Below, one piece after another: positions 58,555 through 64,000 of a DNA stretch of 64,000 bases. Each line of letters starts with the position of its first letter. Position 1 is the first letter of the stretch. The notes beneath the pieces are model-generated. The model ran no database searches and was not told the origin of the DNA. It saw nothing but the letters and a program-made list of their open reading frames with translations. This DNA is from Candidatus Bathyarchaeota archaeon. GTDB taxonomy: Archaea; Thermoproteota; Bathyarchaeia; Bathyarchaeales; Bathycorpusculaceae. The position numbers and the translations under genes are program-made. The stretch spans positions 15,341 to 79,340 of the forward strand of contig CAVTBV010000008.1 in the NCBI GenBank assembly GCA_963733095.1. Reading direction: 5' to 3'.

Positions 58555-59817
58555 GTGAAAGCGTTGACGGAAACAACCCAACAGTTCACATCATCAGAAG
58601 AAGTGAAACGCTGGCTAGAAACCCAAACCAGCTCTACCCTAACACCCGTACATGCCCAAGCCAAAAAACTACGCGACGACATGAACTTTTCACTCCAAAT
58701 GGTCGCAGACATAAGCAAACAACTCTTCGACACCAGCTCCAAAGAAATAGAAAAAAGAAACATGAAAGTCTACAACCGCGCCCGCGCCCTAAACAAACTC
58801 GCCCGCCTATTCCTCGACCGCCTCAAAAAACTCACCCCACCCGACCAAGTCTCCTACGACACCTTAAACCGCTACGTCCAAGAAACCCAAAAAGTCATCT
58901 TAGTCACCGACATCGACATAAAAAATTGGTTCCCAAGAATCTCTCCCTTCTTCATCATGGACCGCCGAAAATTCCTCGCCATCTACGAACGCGCCAAACA
59001 AGCCTACGCAGCCATGAACGACTATGTCACCAAAGAATACATAAAAACAAAGACGCTAGAGGAAGCTCTCCAACAAATCAACGAACTGCAAAACCTAGAA
59101 ACTCAACTGGCAGTCCTTGCCGCCGATAAAGAAGCTATAAAAAACGAGCGCACCCCTCTTGAAGAGGAAATTGCGGCGTTAGAAGAAAAAATCAACGAAC
59201 TCGTATGCAAAGGACCCATAGACAAACTCAACATGGTTAACTGTGAGATTGAAGCCTTAACCACCGAGCTAAAACATGATCTTAGACACCTCCAGAAGCC
59301 ATTCATCAAGATGCAAGCCTTAGCTATAGGAGGCGGCGGAGGAGGCATAACTCCCGACGAACTAAACCAGATAAACCAGTATCTCGAGGCGCCTTTTGAT
59401 GCGTTGGTTTCTGAGAAGCCGGGTTACCCTATGCTTAAGGAGGTTCTGGAGAAGCTTGAAGCTTTGTTGGTTGAGGATAAGCTAAAGTTAAAGTCGGATA
59501 AGGCGCGGAAAGCTGGGGATTCAGTGAATGAGATTTTGCATAAGGATTCTTTGATGAAGCTTCAGCTGAGATGCATCGATATGGCAATGAATAGGGATCA
59601 GTTGGTGTCGTCCTCGAAGATGGATGAGATAAAACAAAACATTGCCCAGTTCCAAGAACAGGCGGATTTGCTTAAAGTCAGAAAAACAAGTGTTGAAACC
59701 CATGAAACCGTCAAAGAGAACGCTTACAAAGAGGCAGAGGATAAAATCAGCAGCATAAAACGCACTATCGAGAAGAACGTGTTCAGTTCTTTGGATAAAA
59801 GAATCCAAATCGCGTAG
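58555..59817 (+). CDS. Coiled-coil hypothetical protein
   Basis: 420 aa, helical heptad pattern. Confidence 0.75.
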   Translation: MKALTETTQQFTSSEEVKRWLETQTSSTLTPVHAQAKKLRDDMNFSLQMVADISKQLFDTSSKEIEKRNMKVYNRARALNKLARLFLDRLKKLTPPDQVSYDTLNRYVQETQKVILVTDIDIKNWFPRISPFFIMDRRKFLAIYERAKQAYAAMNDYVTKEYIKTKTLEEALQQINELQNLETQLAVLAADKEAIKNERTPLEEEIAALEEKINELVCKGPIDKLNMVNCEIEALTTELKHDLRHLQKPFIKMQALAIGGGGGGITPDELNQINQYLEAPFDALVSEKPGYPMLKEVLEKLEALLVEDKLKLKSDKARKAGDSVNEILHKDSLMKLQLRCIDMAMNRDQLVSSSKMDEIKQNIAQFQEQADLLKVRKTSVETHETVKENAYKEAEDKISSIKRTIEKNVFSSLDKRIQIA

Positions 59818-59894
59818 TATTTGCGATTTTTTCTTTTTGTTTTTTTAAGCTACCTGTATGGGTAAGTGTTTATACAGTATGATATACAGTTGGG

Positions 59895-61211
59895 TTAACG
59901 GTGTTTTTTGAAGTAGATAAACATGAACGCGCTTACAGCGGCTGCGGAAGCTACGATGGCTACTGCGGCGAGGGTTGTGGAGAATGCTGTGGTCGTTGAA
60001 TCGTTTGATGTTGGAGGTGCAGTCGGTGTTGGGATAGACGTTGGAACAGGCGAGGGTGAAGCAGTAGGTTTAGGGTAATATGTGTCCCAATAAATGAGTT
60101 GGTTGTACCCGTTGTTGTCAGCCTGCAAACCGTCATCGTAAATTATGTCTAAACTCTCATTGTACTGGTTCAGCAGGGCTCCCACACTTACAGTAATGTT
60201 GCTGGTGAGAGCGTCAGCTTGCCAAATTCCCCAAATGTGGTCTGTTGGCCACCTAAAACCAAAACCGTAAGCATCTGGAAGAACATAGGCGGTCCGGTCG
60301 CTCTTAGCTACCGTTTTTGGCTGGTTGCTTTGTGCATAATTCCAGAACTGCTGCATTGCATCAAAGTGTTCCTGAGTCAAAGTACTGTGACCATTTTCGT
60401 CACTGTCAAAAACAACGATGTATTTTGCCCCATTATCGTAGGCTAAAACCATGTCATGGTAGAGTTGGTCACCCGATTCGATGTAGGGTGCTTGGGTATA
60501 GGTCCAAGTTATTATGGCACCCCAGTCCTTGTTTTCCGCCGCTGCTGCACCCCTGCAGAGTGCAACGTTGATTTGGCGGCTGTAGTTCCAGCCAAACTCG
60601 GCAAAAACCGTGTCGTACCCAGCTTTGTAATCATACCAGTACAACCCGTAGTCTGAGGTAAAGGCTTTGGTCGAACAAGAGTGGGGTTTTAAGTTGTTCA
60701 CGAAATCGGAAACTCCTGCCGTAAATTTGGAGGCAGCATTCGCGTAGCTGGTCGGGTAACCAGTATATTGGTTCCAAGCTGTGCTAAAGTTGCCGTCTAG
60801 TGTTCTGCCTCCGGGTTCGTCAAGATAGTAGAACCCAAGTACCTGACTGCTCCAAGTGTTCTGTGCATAAGCATACCAATCATCCCAATTGCCATATTCA
60901 GAAGACCAGGTACCCACAGATGGAGGCAAACTGACAATCGACAACCCTCTATCGTAAGCATACTTGAAAGTATCATTCACCCTATCAAGATACCAAGACA
61001 CCTGAGTGCTACCAAAAACCACAAGGTTAGTGAAAGAACTAACTCTGTCAATCATCGACTTAGCCTCAGCAACACCGCCGAAAGCTACATCGACTCCTAC
61101 GTAAAAATTCGGGTTTGTCTGTGCAGAGACTCCTTTAATTAGAGTGCAGCCTGCGAAAACTTGAATCGCCAGCACGGCCACCATGAAGGCGGTTAGTTCC
61201 CACTTTTTCAT
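59895..61211 (-). CDS. Secreted, membrane-anchored hypothetical protein (possible TIM-barrel/glycosidase-like)
   Basis: Signal peptide, YYLDEPGG, aromatic-rich body, Pro/Thr linker, C-terminal TM plus basic tail. Confidence 0.75.
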   Translation of the reverse strand: MKKWELTAFMVAVLAIQVFAGCTLIKGVSAQTNPNFYVGVDVAFGGVAEAKSMIDRVSSFTNLVVFGSTQVSWYLDRVNDTFKYAYDRGLSIVSLPPSVGTWSSEYGNWDDWYAYAQNTWSSQVLGFYYLDEPGGRTLDGNFSTAWNQYTGYPTSYANAASKFTAGVSDFVNNLKPHSCSTKAFTSDYGLYWYDYKAGYDTVFAEFGWNYSRQINVALCRGAAAAENKDWGAIITWTYTQAPYIESGDQLYHDMVLAYDNGAKYIVVFDSDENGHSTLTQEHFDAMQQFWNYAQSNQPKTVAKSDRTAYVLPDAYGFGFRWPTDHIWGIWQADALTSNITVSVGALLNQYNESLDIIYDDGLQADNNGYNQLIYWDTYYPKPTASPSPVPTSIPTPTAPPTSNDSTTTAFSTTLAAVAIVASAAAVSAFMFIYFKKHR

Positions 61212-61307
61212 AGCATCAAGTTGTAATCAAACAAAGGATATATTTTTCGATAATCAACCGACCAAACTAAAATACAAATTAGCGATTAACCGTTTGAATC
61301 GAACATG

Positions 61308-61359
61308 TTGACTAAATGCAAATGTGCTTAGTCAAAAAATTTTGACTAAACTCAGTCAA
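61308..61359. promoter_or_regulatory. Array of four TTGACTAA half-sites in divergent promoter region
   Basis: TTGACTAA 61308, TTAGTCAA 61328, TTGACTAA 61342, TCAGTCAA 61352. Confidence 0.55.
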
Positions 61360-61420
61360 ATAACTTTTACGGACACCCTTTTATCGCGAACTGTTCTGCT
61401 GGTTATTGAGGTAGGTAAGC

Positions 61421-62134
61421 ATGAACACGACTGAACCAATAGTCTTTATTCTTGTCTTAACCGCGTCGACAGCAATCATGATTAGCCCTGCCTTTGCCCA
61501 GTCACCGGCATCTTCCTCTACAGCCATTCCTGCGCCTGCAGTTCCAGAATTCACCTTAAAGTTTGGCGATAATCAAGCAGTAATTATTACGATAAAAAAC
61601 CAGCCGCTCAACCCAAGTTTGAATGACGCCAGCTACCAATTATTCTACAATATCCAAACCAAAGACCACGCAGACTCCGACTGGACAGACATGTTTCCCT
61701 CCAACAGTTATTTTGAACAATCGAACATGGAATATACAGTAATCTACAACGGCGATAATCATGCGGCTGGCAGTCAGGTAGATTTTCAAGTTGAGGCTAT
61801 TCTTGAGAACTGGACGCAGGTTTTAGTCGATGATGTGGTTCCCAGTTTACCGGCGGCATCTCAGCTGGGTAACTATGGCTACTATCATGGTTGGATACCA
61901 GTCGAATCAAGCGGCTGGAGCAACACACAAACAATAACTATAGAAGTTTCTGCTTCACCAACTCCAACTCCTTCCGTTCCAGAGTTTTCATGGTTAGCAA
62001 TTTTGCCAATGTTTCTTTTTGCGATCTGTGTTGCAGTAATCCTAAAAGGAAAAAACAAGCCTTTTTCAATAAAAGTGAAACATGAAAAAAGTTTGAGTTC
62101 AACTTTCAAACAATTTAGGGTCGGTATCCGCTAA
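61421..62134 (+). CDS. Secreted surface protein with PEF-CTERM-like anchor
   Basis: Signal peptide, SPTPTPSVPEF then TM helix and basic residues. Confidence 0.75.
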   Translation: MNTTEPIVFILVLTASTAIMISPAFAQSPASSSTAIPAPAVPEFTLKFGDNQAVIITIKNQPLNPSLNDASYQLFYNIQTKDHADSDWTDMFPSNSYFEQSNMEYTVIYNGDNHAAGSQVDFQVEAILENWTQVLVDDVVPSLPAASQLGNYGYYHGWIPVESSGWSNTQTITIEVSASPTPTPSVPEFSWLAILPMFLFAICVAVILKGKNKPFSIKVKHEKSLSSTFKQFRVGIR

Positions 62135-63062
62135 GGGTGCAGATGGCGAGCGCTGCCGCTGTTAAGTCGGCGGTAGTGCCGGGGTTACAGGTGTTGCCTC
62201 TAGCACGTAGTTTTTTGTCGAATTCGACGAGACTTTTTTTCCCCTTTGCGGTTTCTAAGCCGCCTAGTTCCAGCACCGCTTTGGCTTCCAACGAGACTTC
62301 TTGGGCTTTTTCTTTGCCGACTTTGCGTGCGATGAAGGTGTCGGAGCGTTCGGAGAGAATTTTTAGAAAAGTATGAACCACGGAGGTATTGAGGGGTTTA
62401 GTTTCTAGCTGTTTCATCAGGTAGGGATATGCTAGGTCGAAGGTTATGGAGTAGTTGTTGACCCACTCGAAGCATATGTCGTCGTATCCAGAGGCGATTT
62501 TGAAGACTTCAAAGAGGCTCACGTTCTCTTTTAGCAGGCGCTCTTTGGATGCTGGGTCGGTTACGTCGAGGTCGGGTGCGTCGCCAAGTCCGCTGGGGTT
62601 GGCTGCTGCAACGGCTTCGTATAGATGCACGGAATCCCACGCCGTCGTTGATTTAACGGCTAAATCGATGTTCTTTCTTAAGGTAGAGAAGTCGAAGCGG
62701 TAATTTTCTTTTGTCGGCGTTATGCCTGCTGCAACCGCGATGGGAACAAACAGCATCACCGTACCCAAGATGGTGTTTCCGCCATGTTGCCAAGCATCAA
62801 CATCCACTTCACAGTCTTTTATGAGCTCGCCCAAGCCGACTTTGCCGACGTCAAGCCGCTTCTCAGCCACCGAAGTTCCAAGATACGCTGCCTCTTGAAA
62901 GGTTGGTCCTGCGGCGATTGAAGAAGCTAAGAAATGCTCCACTCTGGTTCCCTCGAAGTTTGAGTTAAAGCTGACGTTTCCAGGTTTTGGGCTGCTGACT
63001 TCCAGCATTATCGCGAGTTGTAGGCATTTTGAGATGTGTTGGGCTTTTTCGCAATTGCTCAT
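62115..63062 (-). CDS. Triphosphoribosyl-dephospho-CoA synthase (CitG family)
   Basis: LEVSSPKPGNV, NTILG, DTFIARK, NPGTTADL; ATG at 63062 likely. Confidence 0.88.
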   Translation of the reverse strand: MSNCEKAQHISKCLQLAIMLEVSSPKPGNVSFNSNFEGTRVEHFLASSIAAGPTFQEAAYLGTSVAEKRLDVGKVGLGELIKDCEVDVDAWQHGGNTILGTVMLFVPIAVAAGITPTKENYRFDFSTLRKNIDLAVKSTTAWDSVHLYEAVAAANPSGLGDAPDLDVTDPASKERLLKENVSLFEVFKIASGYDDICFEWVNNYSITFDLAYPYLMKQLETKPLNTSVVHTFLKILSERSDTFIARKVGKEKAQEVSLEAKAVLELGGLETAKGKKSLVEFDKKLRARGNTCNPGTTADLTAAALAICTLSGYRP

Positions 63063-63130
63063 TGTGGTCTCTGGGTATGTGGTTTTAAGAAGGTTTATTA
63101 AAGTTTTGAAAACTACAAGCTTTGATTTGT

Positions 63131-64000
63131 ATGATGGCACGCGAGGGCGACTTAATTAAAACCGTGAGCAACGTGGTTTTTGACGTTAAAGGCTTAGTTC
63201 ACCCTAAAGACAAGGTGATTGCTTTTCCCCGCTTCATTCCCTCGCCCCATGGCACACGGCAAGGCAAAGACACGCTCTACGGCAAAGTCTACAGCCTCAG
63301 CGACCGCTTCAAATACCTCCAAGACAACCACCCAGACCTCATCGTTTTTGACCCCGTACTTGGGGAGACGATGTGCGAAGTTCCCATAAACCAAATCGCG
63401 GAACACTATCAGCCCCCAGAAAAACTGACGTCTCTTCGCGCATCCAAAAACCTCAGCACACTAGAAAACAAGGCGCTAAAGTTGGCAACAACGCTAAAAG
63501 AAAAAGCAGGCATCCCCTGGAACGCCATTGGCATATCAGGCTCAATAATGGCTGGGTTAACCAACGAAAAATCCGACATCGACCCCCTCGTCTACGGCAC
63601 AGAAAACAGCCGCAAAGCCTACACCGCCCTGCGGGAACTACTAAAAACCGAGGATTCAGGCTTCAAACCCTACAGCAAAGAAGAACTCAAAACCCTCTTT
63701 GATTTCCGTTCGAAGGACACCCAGATGAGCTTCGACGACTTCGTTTTGGTCGAAAGCCGCAAAGCCTTCCAAGGCATGTTCATGGGAACTGACTACTTCA
63801 TCCGCTTCGTGAAAGACTGGATCGAGTTGGGGGAGCAATACGGGGATGTGTACTTCAGCAACAGTGGGTACGCAAAAATAGTTGCCAATATAGCTGACAG
63901 CTCAGACGCCCTATTTACGCCCTGCACCTATAAGCTCAAGGATGTTGCAATTGCTGAAGGGCACAAACTGGCGCCAATAACAGAAATCGTTTCTTTCCGA
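63131..64000 (+). CDS. Predicted archaeal nucleotidyltransferase (COG1665-like), runs off window end
   Basis: MMAREGDLIKT...FDVKGLVHP...IAFPRF and GISGSIMAGLTNEKSDIDPLVYG; no stop before 64000. Confidence 0.8.
   Translation, partial: MMAREGDLIKTVSNVVFDVKGLVHPKDKVIAFPRFIPSPHGTRQGKDTLYGKVYSLSDRFKYLQDNHPDLIVFDPVLGETMCEVPINQIAEHYQPPEKLTSLRASKNLSTLENKALKLATTLKEKAGIPWNAIGISGSIMAGLTNEKSDIDPLVYGTENSRKAYTALRELLKTEDSGFKPYSKEELKTLFDFRSKDTQMSFDDFVLVESRKAFQGMFMGTDYFIRFVKDWIELGEQYGDVYFSNSGYAKIVANIADSSDALFTPCTYKLKDVAIAEGHKLAPITEIVSFR

Noticed and set aside
63194-63838. Short ORFs near the window end
   Set aside because: Shadows of the unterminated plus-strand nucleotidyltransferase ORF starting at 63131

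Overview
Archaeal chromosomal segment, most consistent with a Bathyarchaeia genome (archaeal pheS/pheT, mch, XPB-Bax1, MNT-HEPN pair, PAS histidine kinases, TTG/GTG starts; the taxonomy is inference). About 0-41.5 kb is accessory and decayed: a virus/plasmid-like operon of tiny genes, several degenerate tRNA 3'-end (att-like) scars, an integrase remnant, an IS1182 remnant, a MITE candidate, histidine-kinase fragments and a bacterial-type ClpB. About 42-64 kb is mostly housekeeping and transport. The strongest candidate for an undescribed system is a four-gene RiPP-like cluster at 29.1-34.1 kb on the minus strand: a radical SAM/SPASM enzyme, a 168-aa protein with three perfect internal CPTPLCSSCGND repeats, a B12-binding radical SAM enzyme and a class I methyltransferase. 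The methyltransferase N-terminus is a clear core-less paralogue of the precursor scaffold, and the SPASM enzyme starts with a helix copied from the precursor. The cluster lies between two blocks of lipid/isoprenoid-type genes (geranylgeranyl reductase, atypical polyprenyl synthase, CrtC/AttH-like protein, SCP2, beta-rich unknowns), with a candidate structured ncRNA at about 26.0 kb. All family calls come from motif recognition by eye; no searches were run.
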